A stretch of DNA of 62,494 nucleotides, counting the filler, from Pirum gemmata (lineage: Eukaryota), in assembly GCA_002812295.1 (NCBI GenBank). It is 12 parts of 12 records of this genome, joined end to end, with 100 filler letters (N's around TTAATTAATTAA, not from the genome) between each part and the next. Parts side by side here need not be neighbours in the genome. Positions count along the whole stretch, not along the records: positions 1 to 4,911 come from PDIN01000797.1; positions 5,012 to 9,934 come from PDIN01000798.1; 10 more parts are not named here. The stretch is one strand, 5' to 3'. Below are positions 1 to 9,619 of this stretch, piece by piece (within the stretch, counting starts at the first letter, position 1; every line of letters starts with the position of its first letter). The position numbers and the translations under genes are program-made. The notes under the pieces are model-generated. The model was given only the letters and a program-made list of their open reading frames with translations, was not told the origin of the DNA and ran no database searches.

Positions 1-30
1 GAGTTCGAAACTCACCTCGAACACTCGAGC

Positions 31-375
31 TGTGACACGCCCAAGGTCATCTGCCTGAAACACAGAAAGATGACCCAAACTAACTAAACAAATCAAAACA
101 GAACCAGACCCAAGAGTCAGGAAAAAAAGAAAAAGAAACGCAAAGCTAATTAAGCCTAAACAAAAAAAAAGGTAATCAGACCCAAAATCCGACTAAAAAG
201 CATCAAAGAAAAAAAAAACACAGACAAACAGAGTCCATAAAACACAAACCCAGAAAACCAAGAAAATAAAATCCAGAAAGAGAAAATGAGCAAAAAAAAA
301 TACAAAATGTAGCTCAAAACACAGGTGATAGGTCCTTTTTATGCTGAAAAATCTTTATTAAGCGAGGACAAAACA
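31..375 (-). repeat. Candidate 3' LTR (~345 bp)
   Basis: On the minus strand it starts TGT at 375, right after the purine tract, and ends TGTCACA at 31. It contains AATAAA. The 5' LTR is not in the contig, so the boundaries are unconfirmed. Confidence 0.55.
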
Positions 376-381
376 CCATTT

Positions 382-418
<37 letters not shown>
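376..418 (-). promoter_or_regulatory. Candidate polypurine tract
   Basis: Minus strand A-run then GAAAATGG, directly before TG, about 40 nt after the pol stop. Confidence 0.55.
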
Positions 419-423
<5 letters not shown>

Positions 424-456
424 AAATATAACTTCAAGCAGATAAAAAATATAACT

Positions 457-2418
457 TCAAGCAGACAAACGATCCAAAGTTTTATCACGAAAATCCGCAC
501 ATAAACCAAACTTCAAAGCACGGCGGACCCCAGATTCTCTAGTCTGAGCACTAGCGAAACACATCTGCGAGCGAACAGCAGAGCGCAAAGCCGCAGACCA
601 AGGACTAGCCATACCATCCTCCAAACAACAATCAAAAGAAGAAGACTGCCGAAACTTAAACCAAAACATAAAATGGGTGGACATCTCAGTTTTAAACTTC
701 TTACCTCGACCCTTACTCAAAATTTCTATTAAACGTAGAACATAGGGGGAACCAGAATCATACCAGGGCATGTCCATCAACCATTTTGAATAAAAATTGA
801 CACCTAACATAGGAACAGCCAAGCTAGAATGATGCAAAACAGTAGGGGTTTGACCATAAGACATAGGAGTATCAAACACATAAGCATCTGTGGCAGGTCG
901 TAGCTGATCCAGATGAACCTTAATAGGCTTAACATGTACACCATCAGAACAAAGAGCATGGGTATCATTCACTAGTTCAATAGTCAAAACACTATCCTCC
1001 CAAACACTAGCCAAATCATCCCTATTGTTATCTAACAAACGCCAAACCTTATCCCCAACCTGAAACTGAAAAGGACAAGAGACAGTTTTATCATAGTTAT
1101 GCTTGCGGTGGGACGCAGCCAGAAACTGTGCCCCTACCGTTTGTCGCCGTTGGTATGGTAAAGAACTGACTACAAACGGATTATTACGTAAACGCCCCAA
1201 GAATAATAAATCAGGAATGTTTTTAATACTAGAATGAAAAGACCCATTATAAGCCTCGACTGCCTTCCGTAAATACCGAACCCAACATTGTTGTTTATTA
1301 TCATCATGCATAAAACGTCGTAAAATGTGTTGAATAGTGCCAATAACACGCTCAACCATACCATTAGCCTGATGACGTCTAGGAGTATGATGATGAACCA
1401 TAATGCCTAGACTACGTAGTTGTTGAATAGTAACATCAGCTAAGAATTCCTGACCCCCATCATTATTAAACTCAACAGGCTGACCATAATTATGAATAAA
1501 TTGAATAATGTGAGGAAATACAGTAGTAGAATTTTTGTTTTCTAAAGGTTCAGCAGCTACAAACCTGTAATAATGATCAATGATAACCAAAATATAATTA
1601 TAACCATCAACCGTTGCATTAAGTTTACATAAATCCATAGATACACGCTCTAACGGCTTGGTACACAATGGATATGAAGCTAAAGGTAGTTTAACCTTCT
1701 TAGTTGTATTAAATAAATCACAAGATTTACAACAAGACACAACATTATCAATGAAACTGTCAGAAAAACTAGACACATAGTCCATAAGACCCAACTGAAA
1801 ACGAATTTTCTTCAACTTTCCATGACCGGTGAATAAATGTATATGCATAATAAGATCTGATTTATTTAATTTGGTACCATCAGGTAAAGTGTGAAAATTT
1901 TTCTCAAAATTTTTCTCAGTAGACTGAACTTCCGCCGATCCGGAAGCCCCCCGCTCTTCTCCAATGAGAGTCAAGCTAAAATCCCCCAAAACGGGACTGA
2001 CATCTGACGTCACAAACTGCCCAGCGGCCGCCTGTATTTCGGGCCAAAATCGATAAGATGCCCTATTCCCAAAATAAGGTAACAATGTGTCCCCTTTTTC
2101 ATCATCAGGAAGCGGGCCCACAGGTAATGAGACACCTAGTTGTAACTGGACGTCCAAAGCCCAAAAAAAAATTTTAGAAGGCATAAAATGAGAACTTTGA
2201 TTTCCGGACAATTTGGAAACCAAAGTGACCGACCACCGGGGTGGTCCTAAAATTCTGTCCCCCTTATGCAGAAAAGTGTTAGTAGCTCTGGGTAGAATGA
2301 TCGGATCACAACATAACAAGGTGGTCCAAAGCCCCCACCAGCTAGCAGTAGGCTCGTAAGGGTGACAGACTATCACTGTAGCGCCAGAGTGATAAATTTT
2401 TAATAAAACTTTGTGCAA
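457..2418 (-). CDS. pol: pol part 2 (-1 frame): C-terminal half of the adenine MTase, linker, integrase, unknown C-terminal extension
   Basis: Begins LHKVLLKI..GATVIVCHPYEPTASWW (post-NPPF MTase strands). Integrase HIHLFTGH..CKSC zinc finger, RVSMDL, NNDGGQEF, ANGMVER catalytic core, FQVGDKVW GPY/F-like region. The TTG start is probably not a real start. Confidence 0.92.
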   Translation of the reverse strand: MHKVLLKIYHSGATVIVCHPYEPTASWWGLWTTLLCCDPIILPRATNTFLHKGDRILGPPRWSVTLVSKLSGNQSSHFMPSKIFFWALDVQLQLGVSLPVGPLPDDEKGDTLLPYFGNRASYRFWPEIQAAAGQFVTSDVSPVLGDFSLTLIGEERGASGSAEVQSTEKNFEKNFHTLPDGTKLNKSDLIMHIHLFTGHGKLKKIRFQLGLMDYVSSFSDSFIDNVVSCCKSCDLFNTTKKVKLPLASYPLCTKPLERVSMDLCKLNATVDGYNYILVIIDHYYRFVAAEPLENKNSTTVFPHIIQFIHNYGQPVEFNNDGGQEFLADVTIQQLRSLGIMVHHHTPRRHQANGMVERVIGTIQHILRRFMHDDNKQQCWVRYLRKAVEAYNGSFHSSIKNIPDLLFLGRLRNNPFVVSSLPYQRRQTVGAQFLAASHRKHNYDKTVSCPFQFQVGDKVWRLLDNNRDDLASVWEDSVLTIELVNDTHALCSDGVHVKPIKVHLDQLRPATDAYVFDTPMSYGQTPTVLHHSSLAVPMLGVNFYSKWLMDMPWYDSGSPYVLRLIEILSKGRGKKFKTEMSTHFMFWFKFRQSSSFDCCLEDGMASPWSAALRSAVRSQMCFASAQTRESGVRRALKFGLCADFRDKTLDRLSA

Positions 2419-2560
2419 TAAATAAAAGGTGGATTAGCCCAGCCTCTAAACATATTCCAATCTAATAAAAAAGAATTTTTCTCTTTAGTTATAAAAGTAG
2501 GCAATTGACAATTATGCTTAGCTGCAAATAAATCAACATCTAATGTACCCATTAAGTTAT
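2210..2560 (-). other. DNA N6-adenine methyltransferase domain (DIRS/phage Dam-like), split by a frameshift
   Basis: Reconstructed GTLDVDLFAAKHNCQLPTF..NSFLLDW..WANPPF/(I,Y)LLHKVLLKIYHSGATVIVCHPYEPTASWW..DPIILP. SAM-binding DLFA motif precedes catalytic NPPF at 2435-2424. Confidence 0.85.
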
Positions 2561-4847
2561 TAATAAAAGAGAATAAAACAGGATTCAGTTTAAAATCTAC
2601 AAAACTATCTTTTTTATTGTTATTATAAATATTCTTACTATCATTATTGCCATTATCATCACCAACAATGTTATAATTATGTTCCTTTTTTATACCTACA
2701 GTATTGTTATTGTAATCAGTAGGGACCATCGTTCCTAGATATATGTTTTCTGCCTTTCTATCGTACGTATCCACAAACTGTAACCATTTACTTATCTCAT
2801 TTGCCATTCTAGACTGAGAATCAGCATGGTAGTTAAATTTTCCAGGCACATATTCTAGATTGAAATTGAATGCATTCATAAGTGACCACCATCTTCTCAA
2901 CCTCCTATACTTAACCGAGTCATCGGTACTGTTCCCATCTAACTTCCTCCATATGCCCAGCAAAGGTTTATGGTCCGTATAGATAGTAAAAGGGTTGACA
3001 CAAGCTGACAATATTTTCTCATACTTGGTTATTCCAAATATAAGAGCTAAACCCTCTAACTCAGTAGGCGAGTAGTTGAAGTGACACTCTTGTAACTTGG
3101 TACTTGCAAAAGCTACAGGTACCAACTCATCCCCTATCTTATTAAACAGAGCCGCACCTAGGCCTGTTAAACATGCGTCCACATACAATACTAATTTACC
3201 ATTATAGTCAGGAGTGGTGAGTCTCCTTTTCAACTCCAATTCACCCATCACTCGGTCCCAAGCTGTTTGTTGATCCAAACCCCACTCAAACTTAACCTGC
3301 GCCTTAGTTAACTTAGAAATAGGCTCTGTTATTATCGAAAAGTTTGGAATAAACCTAGACCACCAGGATAATGATTGATACACACTCCTAACATCATCCT
3401 TAGATTCTGGTGGCTTCAATCGTTTGATGCCCAACAACGCCTCATCAGTTACCGACACACCCTCATTCGATACCTTGCGCCCCAAGTATGTTACGGTAGA
3501 CTCAAAAAACATACACTTTTCAATCCGTAGCTGTATGTTGTGTTCATCCATCCTCCGTAACACCTCAGTTAGCGTAACTCGATTTTCCTCTACAGTGTTA
3601 GTAGCTATTATTAAATCGTCAATATAAATATACAGGTGAACTATATCCCCTAGGATAGCATTCATGATTCGTTGAAACACAAAAGAAGCATCCTTTAAAC
3701 CCATGGGTAGCCTCTTATACTGTTTCCTGCCTTCACTAACAGTGAAAGTAGTATACTTCCTACTTTCCTTTGCTAATAGCACCTGCCAAAAACCCTTGGC
3801 ACAATCTAACACTGTAAAACACTTTTTGTCACCAATCTCTTCCATTAGTTCCCCTTCCGTCATAATCGGAAACGTCTCAGCTTCTACATATTTGTTTATA
3901 GGTGCCAGGTTTGCACACATACGCCACCCTTGATTCCCAGGCTTAGCAACCATCACAGGTTGACTATTCCACCTGCTATCCCAAGGAGCATCTTCAACAA
4001 AGTCGTAATCCTGCATTTGTTTCGTTTCCACATCCCTATACTTACTCTTCTCACCATGTTTCTCTTTATAGTATTGAAATATAGGAGTGGTTCCTTCCTT
4101 TATTTTTATTTCATGTTGGTACCCCTTAATGAATTTGCCGGACCTGGGGTCCCATGCTACCTTTCTCAATTGCTTTATTAATAAGATAGCCGGTTCTCCC
4201 ACCACCTTGTTCCCAAAAACATCTTCAGGTACTACCGAGGGCTCCCACCCAGGTATTTGCTCCAAAAACAACTCTCTATCAGGAGTACTTCTAACTGTAA
4301 ATGATAACAAGCAAGCCAGTTCTTGCTCATCTTGTAATAAAAGACTTTTATTCAACTCCTTAGTGTGTTTATTATTTACCACCTTGTTACTAACATACGA
4401 TAATAACAAGTTGCTCCCTACCCTTGTACCTTCCTGTACAATGTTTCTCACTTCACGCCTAGTCAAGGTCTTAAGTTCATCACCATGCTCATCTGTAACT
4501 TTTAACTCATATACACCCATGGTAGTATAAGAAACCACGGTCTCAACAAAGCAAGGTAAACTATCAACGATGTACATTTTCAAAGTTTTTATTTTATTAT
4601 TAAGGGTAACATTTTTGTATAAAAAATCTTTTAGTGAAAACTTCACTCCATTCAAAGAATGAGTGTGGGCCACCTCCTCTGTGTAAATTTGTTCTGCCCC
4701 CACCTGTTTTCTAGTTATTAAATCTCTGCTACCCCCTGTATCAACTAATGCCACTTGTACAACGCCGTTCACCTCTACAACTGTAAGTAGCACCGACAGT
4801 TCCTCATCATCCTTTTCATGTTCTGTTATGGTTACCTGAGTGAGCAT
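2400..4847 (-). CDS. pol: pol part 1: aspartic protease, reverse transcriptase, RNase H, N-terminal half of an adenine MTase
   Basis: Protease ALVDTGG; RT LDCAKGFWQV, RLPMGLK, YIDDLII; RNase H YVDACLTGLGAAL, YSPTELEGLAL, YTDHKPL, NYHADSQSR; then DVDLFAAKHN...WANPPF. Confidence 0.95.
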   Translation of the reverse strand: MLTQVTITEHEKDDEELSVLLTVVEVNGVVQVALVDTGGSRDLITRKQVGAEQIYTEEVAHTHSLNGVKFSLKDFLYKNVTLNNKIKTLKMYIVDSLPCFVETVVSYTTMGVYELKVTDEHGDELKTLTRREVRNIVQEGTRVGSNLLLSYVSNKVVNNKHTKELNKSLLLQDEQELACLLSFTVRSTPDRELFLEQIPGWEPSVVPEDVFGNKVVGEPAILLIKQLRKVAWDPRSGKFIKGYQHEIKIKEGTTPIFQYYKEKHGEKSKYRDVETKQMQDYDFVEDAPWDSRWNSQPVMVAKPGNQGWRMCANLAPINKYVEAETFPIMTEGELMEEIGDKKCFTVLDCAKGFWQVLLAKESRKYTTFTVSEGRKQYKRLPMGLKDASFVFQRIMNAILGDIVHLYIYIDDLIIATNTVEENRVTLTEVLRRMDEHNIQLRIEKCMFFESTVTYLGRKVSNEGVSVTDEALLGIKRLKPPESKDDVRSVYQSLSWWSRFIPNFSIITEPISKLTKAQVKFEWGLDQQTAWDRVMGELELKRRLTTPDYNGKLVLYVDACLTGLGAALFNKIGDELVPVAFASTKLQECHFNYSPTELEGLALIFGITKYEKILSACVNPFTIYTDHKPLLGIWRKLDGNSTDDSVKYRRLRRWWSLMNAFNFNLEYVPGKFNYHADSQSRMANEISKWLQFVDTYDRKAENIYLGTMVPTDYNNNTVGIKKEHNYNIVGDDNGNNDSKNIYNNNKKDSFVDFKLNPVLFSFINNLMGTLDVDLFAAKHNCQLPTFITKEKNSFLLDWNMFRGWANPPFIYCTKFY

Positions 4848-4859
4848 GGTATCAACAAG

Positions 4860-4910
4860 TCATTTCTTTTTCTTAGGGCAATCCCTTAAGAGATGATACC
4901 TGGAACTACA
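4860..4910 (-). CDS. gag: 3' end of gag (CCHC zinc knuckle), partial
   Basis: Translates CSSRYHLLRDCPKKKK*, i.e. C-x4-H-x4-C, the distal part of a CCHC knuckle. TGA at 4862-4860 is in frame with pol. Confidence 0.8.
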   Translation of the reverse strand, partial: CSSRYHLLRDCPKKKK

Positions 4911-4911
4911 T

Positions 4912-5011
4912 NNNNNNNNNNNNNNNNNNNNNNNNNNNNNNNNNNNNNNNNNNNNTTAATTAATTAANNNNNNNNNNNNNNNNNNNNNNNNNNNNNNNNN
5001 NNNNNNNNNNN
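4912..5011. other. Artificial contig linker, first of 11
   Basis: N44-TTAATTAATTAA-N44 (stop codons in all six frames). Also at 9935-10034, 14956-15055, 19979-20078, 25011-25110, 30000-30099, 35018-35117, 41948-42047, 46928-47027, 51956-52055 and 56981-57080. Confidence 0.99.
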
Positions 5012-5150
5012 AGCATAAGCATAAGCATAAGCATAAGTATAAGCATAAGCATAAGCATAAGCATAAGCATAAGCATACGCATAAGCATAAGCATAAGCAT
5101 AAACATAAGCATAAGCATAAGCATAAGCACATAAGCATAAGCATAAACAT
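5012..5150. repeat. (AGCATA)n microsatellite
   Basis: Tandem hexamer visible directly. Confidence 0.95.
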
Positions 5151-6565
5151 TATAATTCTCTCTGTGTGTGTAGAAGAAGTGGTAGTAGTAGTAATAATAG
5201 TTGAAAGATTTGACAGATAATAGGCAATATTTATTTATTTAAAATTTACCTTGAGAGGAGTTTAGGTCATGATGAAGTGGATCTATAATTTTGCAAGCTA
5301 AAATTAGTGATAATTCTTTACGCAAGTCATCCATTCTTATTTTTTCGGTCTCTAAATATTGATCAAAAACACTAATAACCAATATGAACAACAATAATAT
5401 TAAAAAATTATTATAACATCTATTTATGTTGTATCACAACTAGGTTCGATTATATAAAAGAAAGTAGACCTGGCCATTGCTCAAGTTTCGAGACACTTTA
5501 GATAATGGCTATCATAGCCTAAAACGGCNGGGGGGGGGGGGGGGGACACCCCGAGACCCTGACCAGGCCACCACCTGGCAGAGTAACAAATCACGTATAG
5601 TCTAAGTCTCTGTTTTTGAATATATTAATTCAATAATAGTCTATCAAGGATAATATACAAAATAAAGAAAGAACTCCCAACTTTTTGAAAAACATCTCGC
5701 AGCTCGATCAATATTCAATCATTATTTATTTTATATTATTTATCTATTAATTTTGTACTATATTTATTTATTATTATCTAAATCGTACTTTTTATCATTA
5801 TTATTATTATTTCTTTATTATTATTGTTATTACTTTCTAATAACATAATTGAAATTTATTTTCAAATATATTTATTAAACTTAAAATGGTACTATATTAT
5901 AATATTATATATACCAAATCATTAATTTTATGAAATTTTAATTCTTTTTTCTACGATTGTGTCATAGTACAGTATCATATATCGATAGCTGTAGAAAAAA
6001 GACTATCGATAGTATAGCTATAGCTAGCTACTAAAGCAAGTAGTGCCCACGATGAATGACGCGAAAACAGAAATATTTGCCTTTCTTTGTCTTAAAATTT
6101 AAAAGTTGTAAAAATGAATAATGATAATACTGCAGTTGATAATAATAAATAACAAAAACAAAAGACAGAATAAATAAATCTAGTACCTGGGACATAGCTA
6201 TAAATGATGATGGTGTATAATATTATGATATTTACAACTTATGCACAGAGATATAATATTATACAACTTCAATAGTAGGATTTTACTGATAAACACTTAA
6301 TTTGGATTATTAATTAAATTGAAAACATGTGCATTTATTAATTTTTATGATTTTTCTTTTTCTAAATAATAATAAACAAAAAATAACACTTTTTACCATG
6401 CTCTTCAGGTAACAACACAATGTAATTAATGGCAATCAACATGACAATAATCACTTGTATTAATTAATACTATTAATAACTAATCAATTAAAAAAAAATA
6501 TTTTTGATCAGCCACTGTGTGAAACTATCTCCATTCTCCAACACGTAATTATTGCTATAGTCTTA

Positions 6566-6998
6566 CAAGAAATGGGTGGCTACAAAAGCTGCCTTTTTCA
6601 CAACATTTTCAATATTAAATTTTGCTTTCTTTTTCTCTTCACTATCATTCTTACCCATAAACAGAGGAAGGTAAGATTTATGATATTCACTCGCTAAGTA
6701 ACCCAACGCATTAACAGGTTGAATTTTTTCACTTTCTGTTTTGCCCAGTAAATCACCTTTAGTACCTATACATATAATTCAAAGTACCAACGTTTTCGTT
6801 TAGTAATATACCGTCTTCCAAGACAATAACTGGTACATTTCCCTTCGGGTTTATTTTGTAAAAGTCATCACCCGTTTCAACCACCTTGTGTGAACCAATG
6901 CCCACTACTTTGCCGTTTTTCCATTCCACTTTCCCTTTATAAGCGGCAATGAAGTTGAGAGCACCGCAAGAAGTAGTTGTGAAGCACAAAGAAGCCAT
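6566..6998 (-). pseudogene. Glutathione S-transferase (beta-class-like), disrupted
   Basis: N-domain TGDDFYKINPKGNVPVIVLEDGILLNENVGTLNY. After a frameshift near 6765 it continues GDLLGKTESEK..NALGYLASEYHKSYLPLF, then hits stops. Confidence 0.8.
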
Positions 6999-7210
6999 GT
7001 TTTTTTATTTATTTAAATGCAGATGTTTATTTGTATGCATATGGATAATGCTTATTATCAATATTATTAGTATTGTTGCAGTTTTGTTTTTTTTTGCTAT
7101 GGTATTTTATTATTTTTGTTGTTTTATTTTTTTTATATTTTTTTTATTTTATTTTATTCACAAAATACCTTTTCCTTTTATACGTGTGAGGAGTAATAAT
7201 AATAATAATG

Positions 7211-7243
<33 letters not shown>

Positions 7244-7749
7244 TATAGCTGAGGTGGTAAAAACTGAAGATTATTTCCATGATTATGACAAGGAAAGTAC
7301 GACTCCGCTTGTGGCTTTAAGAGAACGTGGTCATCACGGGGATAGAGAGGTTTATTGTACTTATGGCGTGACGTCTGCTTGGATTCCTTTTCCTTTGGTT
7401 CCAGAAAATGTAACGAAAGATATGAGATCAGAGATTTTAAAAAGAGACTTGTGCAAAAAAGAGCTACAAGACAGAGAAATGGAGAAACAAGAGGACAAAG
7501 TGCAGCTATTCCTGATTTAATAACCATCTTGAAGCGTTCTAGACATTAAATGTAGACACATGCACAGATTCTGATCATTGGAGACCTTGGGAGTAGTTGA
7601 ATGTAGTTCAAATTATATAATATAACTCGGAAGTTTAATTTTCGTAAGATATTTAGATAGTTTTAACAGTACAATAAAATATAATATAATGATAATATTA
7701 ATAAATAAAGTTTAAATGGTGTTTTTTGACTGTTTTTAGGGTAGTTTAT

Positions 7750-8484
7750 ACATTTTTTAGAGCCTTTATCGACATTAAAAGTTCAAAATCAGTAATTTCA
7801 TACTCATTATCAGCCTTACCAAGCCTTACCAAATAAGACGTGTTGATCTTCAGCCATTTTGATTACTATTCTAAAAGTAGGAGCAAACGGCAGTGGTTTA
7901 ATAACATAGACTATACCATCATTATAAATTTTAACCAACTCGGTAATGACCATTAAATTTTAAACATAAACTGTTTTGAAGTAATGCTAGTAGCAACTCT
8001 TTTATGAGGAACTTCTGCTGGTTTTCCAATAGCTTTGGGTGAGTTTTGGGTACCATTGAACAAACCTTTATTTGGATCAGCTTCAGCTGTTAGTTCTTTA
8101 ATTAAAACATCCAGAATATTTAAATAGCTCCAGATATTTCTTCTATAGATACTGGACTCATCATGATTTTTATGCATTGAAATGGAGAAGCTGAATGATG
8201 TATAATGTATTTATAAAAGAGCCAGCTTTACTACCTGACAAATAATTTTAAATTGTCAAAAAAGGTCATTACCATCTACCCATTGTGCTGGTAGATTCCA
8301 TTCTACAGATTGGCCTGTAGGCCCTGTACCCCAAGCTGTAGTACGGCTGCTGTACCCCCATTAAAATCGGGTGAAGTAAAATATTATCTCTGCGGATAAT
8401 AAAAGAACTATCAGGCTCTATATACGATTCTTTATTTCCTAATACTCTTCTATCTGTTTGCAATTGTTCCAATGCGGTTGCCAT
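7750..8484 (-). pseudogene. Degenerate ORF resembling the N-terminal jelly-roll of a Polinton-like virus/virophage major capsid protein
   Basis: Colinear fragments in shifting frames: MATALEQLQTDRRVLG, GQSVEWNLPAQWVDGNDLF*QFKI, HSASPFQCIKIM..SIEEI, NILDVLIKELT, KQFMFKI, KPLPFAPTFRIVIKMAE, YEITDFELL. Confidence 0.45.
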
Positions 8485-8732
8485 TATATTTTTTAATTTT
8501 ATATATTATATATATTATATGAAATTTTTTTTTTGTATTATATTATGACACAACCAATGGATGTACCAGTATTACAGTTGGTTTTTTGTTTGATATCTTT
8601 CTTTTAATTTTTAAAAAAAGCATGATGCAATACTTGCCATTTTCTTTGTATTTGTCAATATGATTCATGTCTATAGACAAAAGAGTCGGTAAATTATGAT
8701 CTGCATTGATTTGCACTGTGGGTCCTGGTGTT

Positions 8733-9619
8733 TCATCTAGCTTGTGGGGAGTAGTTTCCTCCCTGAGTTTCCTCCTCGGTGTCTTTCTCAGTCTCTGACT
8801 CTGATTGAGGTTGAGGTTCCGGAGTTTTAGTTTCTTCCTTAGTCTCTGACCCTTCTGGAGTACATTGATTTTTTTCTTTTTTTTTTTGATTCAAAAAGTT
8901 TAACTCAAAAACATTTATTTTTAAAAATTTTAAAAATAAATTTACAAAATATTTTTTTTGTAATACCATTTCACGATCAGGATAGGTGGATTTTAAAATC
9001 GTGATAATCTGACTTTCCTTACACGGTAATACACAATAAGTAAAATCAAAATCAAAAAATTCATTAATATACTCTAGCATTTTTTGAGAATACAACTTTC
9101 TTTTACATGATAATAAAACCTTAATACCATTTCTAGTTATCATTCTCATTTTTTTACCATTTTTTTTACCTATTTTGATAAAGAAATCCATGAAAAAAGT
9201 CTTATATTAAAATTCATTAGAATTTTTGATTCGATAGGGATTCTCCAGTTAAAAACTCTAGACCAATGGTATTTGAGATTTTTAGAAATAAAGTAATGAA
9301 AATCATTTTCTTTTGGATAAATTTTCAAGAATCGTCCTTTTTTGTAAGTTTTCGTTTCATGATCCAATAACGCCAAAGAAAAATCCTTAAGAAATTCTGG
9401 CTCTCTCCAAAAAAGGGAATGAATATGGGAACCAGAACCAATCAATCTATAGAAATCCAACGCATGGTTGATTTGCGGCATAATATTCGTTACTTCAAAT
9501 AAAAAATAATTATAAAATCCATAAAAGGGTTTTTCGATTTTTTCTGAATTATAATATCCATGTAGAATTATTATTGGTTTTTTGTTTTCATATTTTTTGG
9601 AAAACCCAGTAAGAAACAT
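8733..9619 (-). pseudogene. Two overlapping intronless ORFs (9170-9619 and 8733-9191), probably one frameshifted gene, possibly viral
   Basis: Overlapping same-strand ORFs. MITRNGIKVLLSCKRK...CKESQIITILKSTYPDREMVLQK resembles Bro-N/nuclease-associated proteins of large DNA viruses. Confidence 0.35.

Larger units (their letters stand above)
31..4911 (-). mobile_element. Ty3/Gypsy-type LTR retrotransposon, 5'-truncated by the contig end, carrying an N6-adenine DNA methyltransferase domain
   Basis: Minus-strand order: Gag zinc knuckle, protease, RT, RNase H, MTase, HHCC/DDE integrase, purine tract, TG..CA LTR candidate. RT-RH-INT is the Ty3/Gypsy order. Confidence 0.93.

Noticed and set aside
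457..4847. Classification as a DIRS element because of the MTase
   Set aside because: A protease and DDE integrase are present and no tyrosine recombinase is seen.
7254..7520. Short ORFs 7254-7520, 43961-44278 and 54431-54706
   Set aside because: Possibly exons or gene relics, but I recognise no motif and cannot assign them.
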